Assembly: GCA_034723315.1 (NCBI GenBank)
Contig: JAYEOV010000035.1
Span: forward strand, 8,329-72,328
Direction: 5' to 3'
Origin: Candidatus Omnitrophota bacterium
GTDB taxonomy: Bacteria > Omnitrophota > Gorgyraeia > Tantalellales > Tantalellaceae
Length of the DNA: 64,000 bases
Positions 19,244-29,585 of the stretch are shown in pieces. Both the position numbers and the translations under genes were made by a program. The notes under the pieces were generated by a model. That model saw only the letters and a list, made by a program, of their open reading frames with translations. It made no database searches and was not told the origin of the DNA. The stretch's first letter is position 1, and each line of letters begins with the position of its first letter.

Positions 19244-19906
19244 TTATACTAAGAAGAAAAATCCTGCCAGCATCATTGCTACCTTTGCGGCGGTAGTGAG
19301 ACCTGTTACTACAACAGATCCGACTGTATCCCATGTTTGTTTTATGTTGTCCCTTCGCTTACGTTCACCTTCGACTGAGTAAAACGCGGTCAGTTGTATT
19401 ATTTCAAGTGTAGTCTTATTGTCGGCTGTTGAGGAAATTTCTTCATTTTTTTCCGTTTCCGGCGTGTTCGTAAAGGACCAGTAAACCTTTCCTGCGGCAT
19501 CCATTGTTTCTTCGGCATTTACATCGTCAGTGTCTTTTTTCATGCGTTCTTCGCTCAAGGAATTATAAAAACTCAGAAGTTCATCATCGGTCCATTTATC
19601 CAGCTCGACCTTTTTGTATGGCTTCTCCAGGACCAGTGATTCCTCTATAAGTTTAGATCGGCGGGACTTCAGGGCGATCATAAAGGCCGTTACCGTTATA
19701 TCTTTAGCGGTCTTGTCAATTTGTGTTTGCACAGGTTCATTATATATCCGGTGAAAGAGTATGAGCGCTTGTTCATCGTTAAGTCCCTTGAAATGCATCT
19801 TATTCACAGCGCTGCCCATATGACCATATTTCATGGAAGTGGCGGCACATCCGGACGCCCCGATACATATCAGGATCAACAGAAGTATTTTGATCTTCTT
19901 CAGCAT
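19244..19906 (-). CDS. Lipoprotein with C-terminal TM anchor (paralogue of 34972..35526)
   Basis: Lipobox GASGCAAT; shared motifs KVELDKWTDDELLSFYNSL and RRDNIKQTWDTV with the second copy. Confidence 0.5.
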   Translation of the reverse strand: MLKKIKILLLILICIGASGCAATSMKYGHMGSAVNKMHFKGLNDEQALILFHRIYNEPVQTQIDKTAKDITVTAFMIALKSRRSKLIEESLVLEKPYKKVELDKWTDDELLSFYNSLSEERMKKDTDDVNAEETMDAAGKVYWSFTNTPETEKNEEISSTADNKTTLEIIQLTAFYSVEGERKRRDNIKQTWDTVGSVVVTGLTTAAKVAMMLAGFFFLV

Positions 19907-20319
19907 TATTGATAACCTCAGGGAGTATACATTTACAAATTTACGCTCTTTCTTGCGATCTTTATGTGTTTATACCAGTTGCCTTATATCCCCTTGCTCC
20001 CATTTCTTCCCTTCGATCCATAACGATACTGCTTTTGGGGACAAGCTAAAGAGACAGGTTTACACTTGATCGCAGCTGTTTCGAGAGAAATAGAGCTATT
20101 AAGATCTCCTGAAATTTTGCCTTGACCTGTTTCCGCCTCCTGACCTGGCTTTGTACTTTATTATTATATCGTCAAGTCGGCTTTGTCGCAAGGATTCCAG
20201 AATGACACCAAGCAAAGTGCCCATAATTCTTGACACTCCTTGTATTGCTCAGGTATGGACATAAAAGCGGGTTGCATGATCTTAATATAGAGCTCCCTTG
20301 ACATATCTTACTAACCGGA

Positions 20320-21225
20320 TCATGTTTCTCCCAGGATAAGCTTGTATCCTTCAATGATACTATCACATACCATCTGGACTATGTTGTTGAGGTCTCCGTA
20401 GTCCGCCTTTCCAAGGGCCATGTAGTATTTGTAACGGTCGCCGATCTTAATTATGGCAGGGGCGAAGCCTTTACTGAGGAGCTGTGTGATCAACAGAAGC
20501 CGCCCCACCCGTCCGTTACCGTCGAAAAATGGATGGATAGCTTCAAATTCGTAGTGATCCCGGGCGATCTTGCCTATCGGGTCTTTGCCGTAAACCTTGA
20601 TGTCTTTTATCAGTTTTCCCATTTTAAGCGGCACTTCCTGCGCTGAAGGAAGTGCTTTTTCGGTGTTGGTCAGGTTTACGTAACCTGTTCTGAATTTTCC
20701 GGGGAGCATGTTCGGGAAATTATACATGACTATCGAATGCAGACGCAGGACATATTCCTTGTCGATCCTGAATCCCGGCCTTATATTATCCAACAGGAAT
20801 TCCATCGCGTTTTTGTGGTTTATGGCCTCGAAGACCTCGAAAAGCTCTCTGCCTCTTACCTGTTTTCCCTCAAAGGCCCGCCGGGTTTCTTTGATGGTCA
20901 TACGGCTGCCTTCTATGGCGTTCGAATGATATGTCATCTCCAGGAGGAATTTTTCTCGTATCGTTTTGTTGTTTATGATAAGGCGTAGAGGGTCTTTTAC
21001 CTTCTTGAAAAGACACTTTATCTCTTTTCTAAGGTCAACGTAATCTTTAAAGAGCTGGTCTATATCCCTTGACTGACCAGGGTGCGGTTTTATGTCTTTA
21101 TCCAGCCATCTGTAAACCGTCTTGTAACTTATCCCAAGACGGCGCGCCATTTCGGAGCGTGTTATACCGGTTTCCTTCATAACCATTTCAAGCTTCTCTT
21201 TATCGGAAAAAAAGTACTTATTCAT
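20320..21225 (-). CDS. Fic/Doc family protein with N-terminal HTH
   Basis: Fic motif HPFFDGNGRVGR; N-terminal HTH ITRSEMARRLGISYKTVYRWL. Confidence 0.8.
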   Translation of the reverse strand: MNKYFFSDKEKLEMVMKETGITRSEMARRLGISYKTVYRWLDKDIKPHPGQSRDIDQLFKDYVDLRKEIKCLFKKVKDPLRLIINNKTIREKFLLEMTYHSNAIEGSRMTIKETRRAFEGKQVRGRELFEVFEAINHKNAMEFLLDNIRPGFRIDKEYVLRLHSIVMYNFPNMLPGKFRTGYVNLTNTEKALPSAQEVPLKMGKLIKDIKVYGKDPIGKIARDHYEFEAIHPFFDGNGRVGRLLLITQLLSKGFAPAIIKIGDRYKYYMALGKADYGDLNNIVQMVCDSIIEGYKLILGET

Positions 21226-21247
21226 TGTAGAAGCCTCCCTTAATAAT

Positions 21248-21298
21248 AGGACATATGTCCTGAATAATACTACATATAGAATATACCATATGTCCTAT
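21248..21298. promoter_or_regulatory. Palindromic operator pair upstream of fic gene
   Basis: Perfect 14-bp palindrome AGGACATATGTCCT (21248..21261) and half-site repeat CCATATGTCCTAT (21286..21298) about 25-75 bp upstream of the Fic start. Confidence 0.45.
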
Positions 21299-21555
21299 CC
21301 AATTGTCAAGTTTTTGGTGTGTATTCGCCCGGACCGGTAGAGGTTCGCTTCCGGATCTGTGAACGGTTTTGATATAATGGGGTCTTGACATTTGACATTT
21401 TATTAAGAATACAATATTGTCAAATGTCAAGGTGACCCCTAAACCAATAAACCAACATTGTACCAGTTGCCCGAAATTTATAGTTAATTTGCGGCTGAAA
21501 GAGTATAATTATATTATATGCCTGTAATTTTTTTTAATCCAAAAGGAGGCGCAAA

Positions 21556-21918
21556 ATGATAGAAATCCTTGCTGAAAGCCATGATAACGTTTTAGGCATT
21601 AAGGGCAGCGGAAAGATCACGGACCAGGATTATAAGGAAGTAATAATCCCTAAAATTGACAGCATTTTATCCAAATACGGCAGAGGCAAGTTCCTGTACT
21701 ACCTTTCCGAAGAATTCGAGGGGTTCGAGCTGGGCGCGATGTGGGATGACCTCAAATACGCAGGCAGTTACAGCGATAAGTTTGATAAGATCGCCCTCGT
21801 AGGCGGCCCTAGATGGGTTGAATGGACCACAAAGGTCTTCGGCCATTTCGTTAAAGCCGAGATGAAGACATTTGCAGAGGATCAGCTTGATGACGCCTGG
21901 CAGTGGATCGAATCGTGA
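21556..21918 (+). CDS. STAS/SpoIIAA-like domain protein (DUF3478-like)
   Basis: 120 aa; MIEIL...GIKGSGKIT...IALVGGPRW pattern typical of SpoIIAA-like DUF3478. Confidence 0.45.
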   Translation: MIEILAESHDNVLGIKGSGKITDQDYKEVIIPKIDSILSKYGRGKFLYYLSEEFEGFELGAMWDDLKYAGSYSDKFDKIALVGGPRWVEWTTKVFGHFVKAEMKTFAEDQLDDAWQWIES

Positions 21919-21935
21919 TCCACAGGGTTCAGTCC

Positions 21936-22688
21936 TTACTTCTTTAATGTTTCAAGAAGATCTTTAGCGGATTTTGGCATTTTCGCTTTGTTTTTTACAA
22001 GTATTTCTTCCGCTGACAGATCTTTGCCATAAAGCGCCTTGTTGCCTTCCCAGTGCTGGTTGATAACATCGCCTTCCAGCTTAATGCCGGCAAATAATCC
22101 CCGGCTCCTCGAGTAGGACAATATCCCTCCAAGATGAGCGTCCGTTGACGCCGCAGCATTTCTTCCGACAGGGCCTGCAGCGACAGAAGCGTCAACGCCA
22201 AGCTTGAATTTTCCTTCCAGGATGGCTTCAACGCTTCTCCTGGTCATAATAAGCAGGACGATGTCTGTCGCCTCTCCGCCGATCTGGAAACCGATGCTTG
22301 CTCCCACTAGAGTGAAAATAGCCGGAGACGACCATTTTCCGCTCTTTTCGTTACGCACCATGATTATGCCCTGGCCGTATTTTCCGCCTATACCCAGACC
22401 GGCTGATATTGTGCTGGGGAAAATGGCAATAGCGGAGCATTTTTTCATGAGTCCTGACGGGATGTTCTCATCGGGCATTTGTTGTATCTCGGATAAAACC
22501 GTGCCGCATTCTTCGACAAGCGCTGTCCATTTATTATCTGCACTTGCGTTCGGGCAGCAGAAAATAATTGATATCAGATAAATGACACTGAAAAGAATTT
22601 CGAACCTTTTCATATTTGACCTCCTTTTGAGCGCCGATCGTTTTTTAAATAAATAGGGGCGCTGTCCCCTTATTTCCCTTATTTTCAA
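21936..22688 (-). CDS. SYLF (Ysc84/DUF500) domain lipoprotein
   Basis: Signal peptide; GASIGFQIGGEATDIVLLIM and YSRSRGLFAGIKLEG motifs of the SYLF lipid-binding domain. Confidence 0.6.
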   Translation of the reverse strand: MKIREIRGQRPYLFKKRSALKRRSNMKRFEILFSVIYLISIIFCCPNASADNKWTALVEECGTVLSEIQQMPDENIPSGLMKKCSAIAIFPSTISAGLGIGGKYGQGIIMVRNEKSGKWSSPAIFTLVGASIGFQIGGEATDIVLLIMTRRSVEAILEGKFKLGVDASVAAGPVGRNAAASTDAHLGGILSYSRSRGLFAGIKLEGDVINQHWEGNKALYGKDLSAEEILVKNKAKMPKSAKDLLETLKK

Positions 22689-22882
22689 TTGTAGCTCCGG
22701 ATGCGTGACATTTCAAGGATAATAAAGCAAAACCGGGAAATAGGGCTCTGTCCAGCTAGTGTCCTGTTAAATAAAGCATATTTTCTGATGAATTGCAGAA
22801 AAATTTGCTAATTATATTATTGTTGAATATACTTACTTTAATATTAAATATTTAAGGCCCTCAAAAATATCCGAAGGAAAAA

Positions 22883-23929
22883 ATGGCAATGAAATTGAGT
22901 GACAGTCCGCACAGGAGATACAATGCCCTCACCGGGGAATGGGTGCTGATTTCGCCGTATCGGGCGGAACGTCCCTGGCTTGGCGAGCGTGAGAACCCGC
23001 CGCGGGAAGAACGTTCCTCGTATGATGAAAAATGCTATCTGTGTCCCGGGAACGTCAGGGCCAAAGGGCAGCGAAATCCGGATTACGAAAGTACTTATGT
23101 TTTCACGAACGATTATGCCGCCCTTCTCCCCGAAACGGATCCCTTTCGTGACAGAGAGGATCCGTTATTAGTTGTTGAACGCGTGAACGGCACCTGCCGG
23201 GTAATATGCTTCTCTCCCCGTCATGATCTGACACTGGCGGAGATGCCGCCGGAAGATATAAGAAAGGTCGTTGATGTGTGGGCGGAACAGGTCCTGGATC
23301 TGGGAAAAACTTACCGCTGGGTGCAGATCTTCGAGAACAGGGGTGAGATCATGGGTTGTTCAAACCAGCATCCTCATTGCCAGGTCCGGGCGGAAAGCGT
23401 TTTGCCCAATGAGCCCTCCAGGGAGGACAGGCGGCAGTCGGAATACTATGAAGAGAACAGGACGGTTCTCCTGATGGACTATTTGAAGATAGAACTGGAG
23501 CTCGGGAAGCGGATAATAATAGAGAACGAACACTGGGCGGTGCTGGTCCCCTTCTGGGCCGTCTGGCCGTTCGAGACCTTTATTTTGCCGAAAAGAAACG
23601 TCAAAAGCCTCCCCGATCTTTCGGGCGAAGAACGAGACGCACTGGCAGACATTCTCAAGAAACATCTGACCAGGTATGATAATCTTTTCAATTGCCCGTT
23701 CCCCTATACTATGGGATGGCACGGCGCACCGGCGGACAATGGTGATCATCCTTACTGGCAGCTACACGCTCACTACTACCCTCCCCTACTGAGATCCGCC
23801 ACGGTAAAAAAGTTCATGGTAGGTTATGAAATGTTATCGGAACCGCAAAGGGACATAACCGCTGAACAGGCAGCGGAGCGTTTGAGACGATTGCCGGACG
23901 AACACTACAGGGTGAGAAAAGATCAATAA
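22883..23929 (+). CDS. galT: Galactose-1-phosphate uridylyltransferase
   Basis: Zn site CYLCPGN, active site HPHCQV (HxHxQ), FSPRH, very close to E. coli GalT throughout. Confidence 0.85.
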   Translation: MAMKLSDSPHRRYNALTGEWVLISPYRAERPWLGERENPPREERSSYDEKCYLCPGNVRAKGQRNPDYESTYVFTNDYAALLPETDPFRDREDPLLVVERVNGTCRVICFSPRHDLTLAEMPPEDIRKVVDVWAEQVLDLGKTYRWVQIFENRGEIMGCSNQHPHCQVRAESVLPNEPSREDRRQSEYYEENRTVLLMDYLKIELELGKRIIIENEHWAVLVPFWAVWPFETFILPKRNVKSLPDLSGEERDALADILKKHLTRYDNLFNCPFPYTMGWHGAPADNGDHPYWQLHAHYYPPLLRSATVKKFMVGYEMLSEPQRDITAEQAAERLRRLPDEHYRVRKDQ

Positions 23930-23953
23930 CTTCACGGGCGTGAAGACAAATAT

Positions 23954-24907
23954 ATGTTTAAGATCAGGGAAGACAGCTCCGGCGGCCTCAAAAGATTAAA
24001 GATACAGAACACCGCCACGGGCGAATTTGTCTCGATCGTTCCGGGTTTCGGGGCGAACATAAACGAACTTGTCCTGCATAAGAACGGCACACTGCACCCG
24101 GTCATAGCGGGTAATCGGGATATAAGCGGTTTCAGAGGAAAAGGCGTCTTTAAAGGCGCGAAACTCATCCCCTTCCCTAACAGGCTGGAGGATGGGACCT
24201 ATACTTTTGAAGGCGAACGGTATCAGCTTGAGTTGAATTATCCTGAAGAACTCAATGCCTGTCACGGTTTTATCTACGATAAAGAGTTCATCATCGAAGG
24301 ATCCGCCGAGAAAACTGATCATGCGTCCGTGAAACTTGTTTACCATTACAACGGATTCTTGCCGGGATACCCTTTTAACTGCAAAATAGAACTGGATTAT
24401 ACGTTAGGCGGGTCCCGAGGGTTCAGGTGCCGGACATGTATCGAAAATCTGGGTGAAAGATCGATGCCGGTCGGAGACGGGTGGCACCCTTTTTTCGGTT
24501 TTCAAAGAAAGGTTGATGAACTTCTGCTCCGGTTCCCCGCGGAACAAAAGATCATTGTAGATGAACGATCAATACCTTCCGGGGAATCGTTGCCGTATGA
24601 TCTGTTTGACAGCTTGAACAGGATCGGGGATATTGAACTTGATACGTGTTTCAGGCTAAAACCCGGTAAAGACGGGATACGGATCTCCGAACTTTATGAC
24701 CGGCAGAAAGACGTGAAGTTACAGCTGTGGCAGGAAACGGGCGAAAATAAATATAATTATCTTCAGATATATATTCCGCCGGACAGAGGTTCGATCGCGA
24801 TGGAGCCAATGACATGCAATATAAACGCGTTCAATAACCGTGAGGGGCTGATAATTTTGCGGCCGGAACAAAAATTTGAAGCCGGATACGGAGTGAAACT
24901 TGCCTGA
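23954..24907 (+). CDS. Aldose 1-epimerase (galactose mutarotase) family protein
   Basis: 317 aa; position between galT and the gal transporter; conserved HGF / aldose-epimerase-like pattern. Confidence 0.55.
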   Translation: MFKIREDSSGGLKRLKIQNTATGEFVSIVPGFGANINELVLHKNGTLHPVIAGNRDISGFRGKGVFKGAKLIPFPNRLEDGTYTFEGERYQLELNYPEELNACHGFIYDKEFIIEGSAEKTDHASVKLVYHYNGFLPGYPFNCKIELDYTLGGSRGFRCRTCIENLGERSMPVGDGWHPFFGFQRKVDELLLRFPAEQKIIVDERSIPSGESLPYDLFDSLNRIGDIELDTCFRLKPGKDGIRISELYDRQKDVKLQLWQETGENKYNYLQIYIPPDRGSIAMEPMTCNINAFNNREGLIILRPEQKFEAGYGVKLA

Positions 24908-24966
24908 GTCGAAATATCGGATGAGGAAAACTTTTGTGACATATAACCCGAAAGGAGAAACGGATC

Positions 24967-26388
24967 ATGGAAAATAATTTTGCCGGGACTGAAGAGCGGC
25001 TTGCCGGAGAGATCAAGGATGTCAGGAAGTTCAAAGTCCTTGTTTACGTAGTCGCCCTGACAGCCGCCTTGGCGGGATTGCTTTTCGGGCTTGACATAGG
25101 GGTCATTTCCGGGGCACTTCCTTTTATCGCCAAACAGTTTAACGCGAGCACAGAAGCGCAGGAATTCGTGGTAAGTTCTCTCCTGGCAGGGGCCGTGCTG
25201 GGGACACTGATAAGCGGACTGATATCCCGCAAATACGGCAGGAAGAACGCGCTTTTGGTAAGCGCGGTTGTCTTCGCGATCGGGGCGCTCCTGTCCGCGT
25301 TATCCGTCAGCACCAAGATGCTTATAATGGTCAGAATTTTCCTGGGTGTGGCCGTCGGGATGGCGTCGTTTACCGCCCCGCTCTATCTGTCGGAGATGGC
25401 CCCTCGACGGATCAGGGGAGCCCTGATATCAATGTACCAGCTGATGATCACCATCGGGATACTGATGGCGTATATGAGCGACACCTTTCTAAGTTACGGG
25501 AAACACTGGCGCGTCATGCTCGGAGTGCTGGTCATCCCCTCAACGTTCATGTTTATCGGAGTTCTGCTCTTGCCGAAGAGTCCCCGCTGGCTGGTCCTTG
25601 CCGGCAAGAAGGAACGTGCCAGGAAGGTGTTGAACAAGCTGAGGCATATCGATGAAGTTGAAGGAGAACTTGTCGAGATAGAAAATACGCTTGAAAACAA
25701 ACAGAGCGGATTCCAACTGCTGGTCGAAAATAAACAGTTCCGTAAAGTGCTCCTCCTGGGGATCGGGCTGCAGGCCGTGCAGCAATTCACCGGCATGAAC
25801 GTGATAATGTACTACGCTCCAAAGATCTTCAAGCTCGCCGGGTTCACCACCACATCACAGGCTATGTGGGGAACGGTGCTCGTCGGCCTGATAAATGTTC
25901 TGGCGACTTTTATCGCGATCGCTTTTGTCGACAGGCTGGGACGAAAGCCGATCCTGTTCACAGGCTTCGTTGTAATGGGCCTGAGCATGGGGACACTTGG
26001 TCTGATGTTCAATATCGGAATAAAGGTCTCTCAGACGGTGCAGTTTGCCGCTATAGGAGCCCTGCTTGTATTTATCGTCGGTTTCGCGATGAGCGCCGGG
26101 CCGATCATCTGGGTCATCTGCTCGGAGATCTATCCTCTGGCCGGCCGCGATCTTGGTATCACCACCAGCACGGCGACTAACTGGGTGTGTAATACGATCG
26201 TCGGCGCGACTTTCCTGACACTGCTTAACGTTATGGGTCCCGCCCACACATTCTGGCTGTACGGAGGGTTGAATCTGCTGTTCATTTTGTTCCTATTCCT
26301 CTTCGTCCCGGAGACCAAAGGAGTATCGCTGGAAAAGATCGAAAGAAACTTGTTGTCGGGTAAACGACTGGTCAGGATCGGCCGCTGA
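24967..26388 (+). CDS. MFS sugar porter (galactose/H+ symporter-like)
   Basis: 12 TM; GRK/GRR motif; PKSPRWL and PETKG sugar-porter signatures. Confidence 0.8.
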   Translation: MENNFAGTEERLAGEIKDVRKFKVLVYVVALTAALAGLLFGLDIGVISGALPFIAKQFNASTEAQEFVVSSLLAGAVLGTLISGLISRKYGRKNALLVSAVVFAIGALLSALSVSTKMLIMVRIFLGVAVGMASFTAPLYLSEMAPRRIRGALISMYQLMITIGILMAYMSDTFLSYGKHWRVMLGVLVIPSTFMFIGVLLLPKSPRWLVLAGKKERARKVLNKLRHIDEVEGELVEIENTLENKQSGFQLLVENKQFRKVLLLGIGLQAVQQFTGMNVIMYYAPKIFKLAGFTTTSQAMWGTVLVGLINVLATFIAIAFVDRLGRKPILFTGFVVMGLSMGTLGLMFNIGIKVSQTVQFAAIGALLVFIVGFAMSAGPIIWVICSEIYPLAGRDLGITTSTATNWVCNTIVGATFLTLLNVMGPAHTFWLYGGLNLLFILFLFLFVPETKGVSLEKIERNLLSGKRLVRIGR

Positions 26389-26488
26389 TATGAAAGAAGT
26401 GATGAAGAAGAAGACGACATTTATACTTATCGCCGCCATGATCTGTTTTCAGATTAACGGCATGGTCGGGTTTTGCCCAGTACATTAC

Positions 26489-26606
26489 TAGAACCCATTT
26501 CATAACCCCGTTCGTTACGAGGCTGAGCGAAAAGGCCATTGACAAGGCCTGAGGGGCAAAATGCCCGGAAACGTAGCCGTTGCGCTACGTTGATGATATT
26601 TTGTCC
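26489..26606 (+). mobile_element. MITE-like element copy (left TIR + core, right end truncated)
   Basis: AGAACCCATTTCATAACCCCGTTCGTTACGAGGCTGAGCGAAAAGGCCATTGACAAGGCCTGAGGGGCAAAATGCCCGGAAACGTAGCC...GCTACGTTGA core shared with the 48573 copy. Confidence 0.55.
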
Positions 26607-26650
26607 GGATAGCAGGGAACCTTTTCACGGTCCCGGAGTAGGGAGCAAAA

Positions 26651-27805
26651 ATGAAAACGGCTGAAATTGCCGAAAAATTCGGACGATATTTTTCCGACTC
26701 GCCGCGGCTTTTCTCCGCCCCCGGACGCGTCAACCTGATCGGGGAGCATACCGATTATAATGACGGTTTCGTTTTTCCCATGGCGCTCGAGTACTGCGTT
26801 GTGGTCGCTGTTTCCCGCCGTTCCGACAGGCAGGTAAATATCCGATCCGAAAACATGGGCGATTCGATCTCTTTCTCCCTGGATGATAATCTCAAGAAAA
26901 GAAACCACTGGAGCGATTACACCGCGGGAGTGGCCCGCATGCTCGAGCTGGAGGGTATACGGCTGCCCGGCGCGGATATGCTGGTTGACAGTTCCGTGCC
27001 TCTCGGCGCGGGACTGAGCTCTTCGGCCGCTATCGAGATCTCATCAGCGCTGGCTTTCCTGAGCACCGCGGACCAGGAGATGAAGCCGGCCGATCTGGCC
27101 TTGCTGGGGCAGCGCGCGGAGAATCAGTTCGTCGGCATGAACTGCGGTATAATGGACCAGTTTATTTCCGTGCACGGAAAAAAGGACCATGCTCTATTTC
27201 TGGACTGCAGGTCACTTAGCTACAGGCAGGTCCCGCTGCCCTCCGGCAAGGTAAAGATCGTTATCTGCAATACAATGGTTAAACATGAGCTGGGCGCTTC
27301 GGAATACAACAAAAGGCGGACTGAATGCGAGGAAGGTGTCCGCATCCTCAAGGAGTATTACCCGGAGGTGCGGGCCCTGCGAGATGTTACTATAGAGCAG
27401 TTCAGGGAAGCGGAGAACGCCCTGCCGGATGTAGTGAGAAAACGCTGCCGGCATGTCATCTCTGAGAACCAGCGGGTCCTTGATTCCCTGGATGCTCTCC
27501 AGGGGGACGATCTTGATCGTTTCGGCCATTTGATGGACGGCTCTCATGACAGCCTTAAGGCTGATTATGAAGTAAGCTGCCCGGAACTTGATCGCATGGT
27601 TGAAATAGCCCGGCGACTGCCTGGCTGCCTGGGAGGACGGATGACAGGCGGCGGTTTTGGCGGCTGTACGGTCAACCTTGTCGTAAAAGACGTGGTAGAT
27701 GATTTTTGTTCACAGATCAGCGGCTCCTATGAAGAAGCGGCCGGTATCAGACCGCAGATATATATCTCCACTCCTTTTCCGGGAGCGCATGAGATCGTCA
27801 GATAA
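26651..27805 (+). CDS. galK: Galactokinase
   Basis: PGRVNLIGEHTDYN signature, GAGLSSSAA ATP-binding motif, GHMP kinase. Confidence 0.85.
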   Translation: MKTAEIAEKFGRYFSDSPRLFSAPGRVNLIGEHTDYNDGFVFPMALEYCVVVAVSRRSDRQVNIRSENMGDSISFSLDDNLKKRNHWSDYTAGVARMLELEGIRLPGADMLVDSSVPLGAGLSSSAAIEISSALAFLSTADQEMKPADLALLGQRAENQFVGMNCGIMDQFISVHGKKDHALFLDCRSLSYRQVPLPSGKVKIVICNTMVKHELGASEYNKRRTECEEGVRILKEYYPEVRALRDVTIEQFREAENALPDVVRKRCRHVISENQRVLDSLDALQGDDLDRFGHLMDGSHDSLKADYEVSCPELDRMVEIARRLPGCLGGRMTGGGFGGCTVNLVVKDVVDDFCSQISGSYEEAAGIRPQIYISTPFPGAHEIVR

Positions 27806-27929
27806 TAAGTGAATATACTTCTACTGGTTTATACCCGTTGTATTACACGGGTCAGGTTTTTACCCGGGAACCCTACACAACACAACCCCGGACTCACAGC
27901 CGGGGAACTTCTGAAGCGTATCACAAAAG

Positions 27930-29105
27930 ATGAATAAAGGATTTCGCAAGAAGGAAAACTCCAAGGACACGGTACTGGTTACCGGCGGTGCCGGGTATAT
28001 CGGCAGTGTAACCGCCCGTGAGCTTCTGGATAACGGCTACGATGTGGTCGTGCTGGATAATTTTGTGAAGGGAAGAAGATTCGCGGTCCAACGCAACCTG
28101 TCTTTCGCACGTGAAAAGGATAAAAAGTTTATCCTCGAGGAGGGGGATATGGGAGATACGGATTTCCTGGGGGAAGTTTTCGTCCGCCGCAGGATCGGCG
28201 CCGTTATCCATTTCGCGGCTTTTATCGAGATGAGCGAATCCGTCCAGCGCCCAGCTCTATATTTCTACAACAACATCGTCAATACCATCCACCTTCTTGA
28301 CTCAATGGTTGAAGCCGGGGTTAAGAGGATCATTTTCTCGTCCTCAGCGGCGGTTTACGGCAATCCCGCAACGGTCCCGATACGGGAAGATGCCCCTGCC
28401 CGCCCTATCAACCCGTACGGATACACCAAGCTGACAATGGAGCGGATGATCAGGAACTATCATGACCGATTCGGCCTTGAATGGATCGCGTTCAGGTATT
28501 TTAACGCCGCCGGCGCTTCACTTGACGGGAAGCTCGGAGAGGCACATTTCCCCGAATCGCATCTCATCCCTAATGCCATTGATATGGCATCCCGTGGCAA
28601 GAAAGTGAAAATCTTTGGCAAAGACTATGATACCGCTGACGGGACCTGCCTGCGGGATTTCATCAGTATTTCGGATCTGGCCCGGGCACATCGGTTTGCT
28701 CTGGAGCTGACCGGCAAGGAAGCGATCAACAGGCCGTATAATCTGGGAAGCGGTAAAGGGTTTACCGTGGGGACAATTGTCCGGGAGGTCGGAAAAGCCA
28801 TGGGGATTAAAACAGGTGCCCAATACGTTGATAGAAGGCCAGGCGATCCGGATAAGCTTGTAGCTTCATCAGAAGCGTTCCGGAGAGCGACCGGCTGGGA
28901 GCCCCGTGACAGCGATATCGGGATGATACTCCGGACGGCGGCAGAATGGTACCGCCACAGGCCGAAAGAAACGCTGGAGAATAAACCTTTGCCTTTGGTG
29001 GATGAAGAAGAAATTGCCGGGAAGATAAGGGATGAGCTGACACGGAATCGCGTTATACCTCAAACTCTGAAAAACGAGATACTGGAGAAGCTGAACCATT
29101 CGTAA
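27930..29105 (+). CDS. galE: UDP-glucose 4-epimerase with ~60-aa C-terminal extension
   Basis: VLVTGGAGYIGS Rossmann motif, YGYTK (YxxxK) catalytic motif. Confidence 0.85.
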   Translation: MNKGFRKKENSKDTVLVTGGAGYIGSVTARELLDNGYDVVVLDNFVKGRRFAVQRNLSFAREKDKKFILEEGDMGDTDFLGEVFVRRRIGAVIHFAAFIEMSESVQRPALYFYNNIVNTIHLLDSMVEAGVKRIIFSSSAAVYGNPATVPIREDAPARPINPYGYTKLTMERMIRNYHDRFGLEWIAFRYFNAAGASLDGKLGEAHFPESHLIPNAIDMASRGKKVKIFGKDYDTADGTCLRDFISISDLARAHRFALELTGKEAINRPYNLGSGKGFTVGTIVREVGKAMGIKTGAQYVDRRPGDPDKLVASSEAFRRATGWEPRDSDIGMILRTAAEWYRHRPKETLENKPLPLVDEEEIAGKIRDELTRNRVIPQTLKNEILEKLNHS

Positions 29106-29115
29106 CGGCGCATCC

Positions 29116-29262
29116 TTATTTTTCTAGCTCCTGTTCTCTCTCTTTCAGGTAGCGGTTCAGGAGAAAAAGGGCTGCTTTTTCACATTCATGTTCAGTGCGG
29201 TCCTGTTCATCCTGGGAGATGAATTCTTTCTCAATTTCAAGAATTTTTTCTGCTTGCTTCAT
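29116..29262 (-). CDS. Small 48-aa helical protein (unannotated small ORF)
   Basis: ATG with GGAG upstream; MKQAEKILEIEKEFISQDEQDRTEHECEKAALFLLNRYLKEREQELEK; below the ORF-track length cutoff. Confidence 0.25.
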   Translation of the reverse strand: MKQAEKILEIEKEFISQDEQDRTEHECEKAALFLLNRYLKEREQELEK

Positions 29263-29281
29263 ATTTACTCCTTTAGAAAGA

Positions 29282-29374
29282 CTAAACTTTCAATAACAAT
29301 AATCTAACATATCCTGCGTACGCAGTAAAGCATATTAACATAAATATCCAAGCGATGATTATTATTTTCTTCAT
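29282..29374 (-). CDS. 30-aa hydrophobic peptide with strong SD (unannotated small ORF)
   Basis: GGAGGACAC-ATG; MKKIIIIAWIFMLICFTAYAGYVRLLLLKV. Confidence 0.25.
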   Translation of the reverse strand: MKKIIIIAWIFMLICFTAYAGYVRLLLLKV

Positions 29375-29585
29375 GTGTCCTCCAACCAGTAAAAAAAGGC
29401 AATTCCCCCCTTTCAGAAGAATTGCCAAGTTCCATAAATTTACTTACTTTTCGTTATTATAATCTTTTTTATGTTTTTGTCAAGAAAAAAATGACGTTTT
29501 CCATGCAAAAAGTGAAAAAGTATGATATATTTGAGAAAAGGTTTTATTCAATGAAAATCATGAAATTAATACCACAGGCTAAAAT

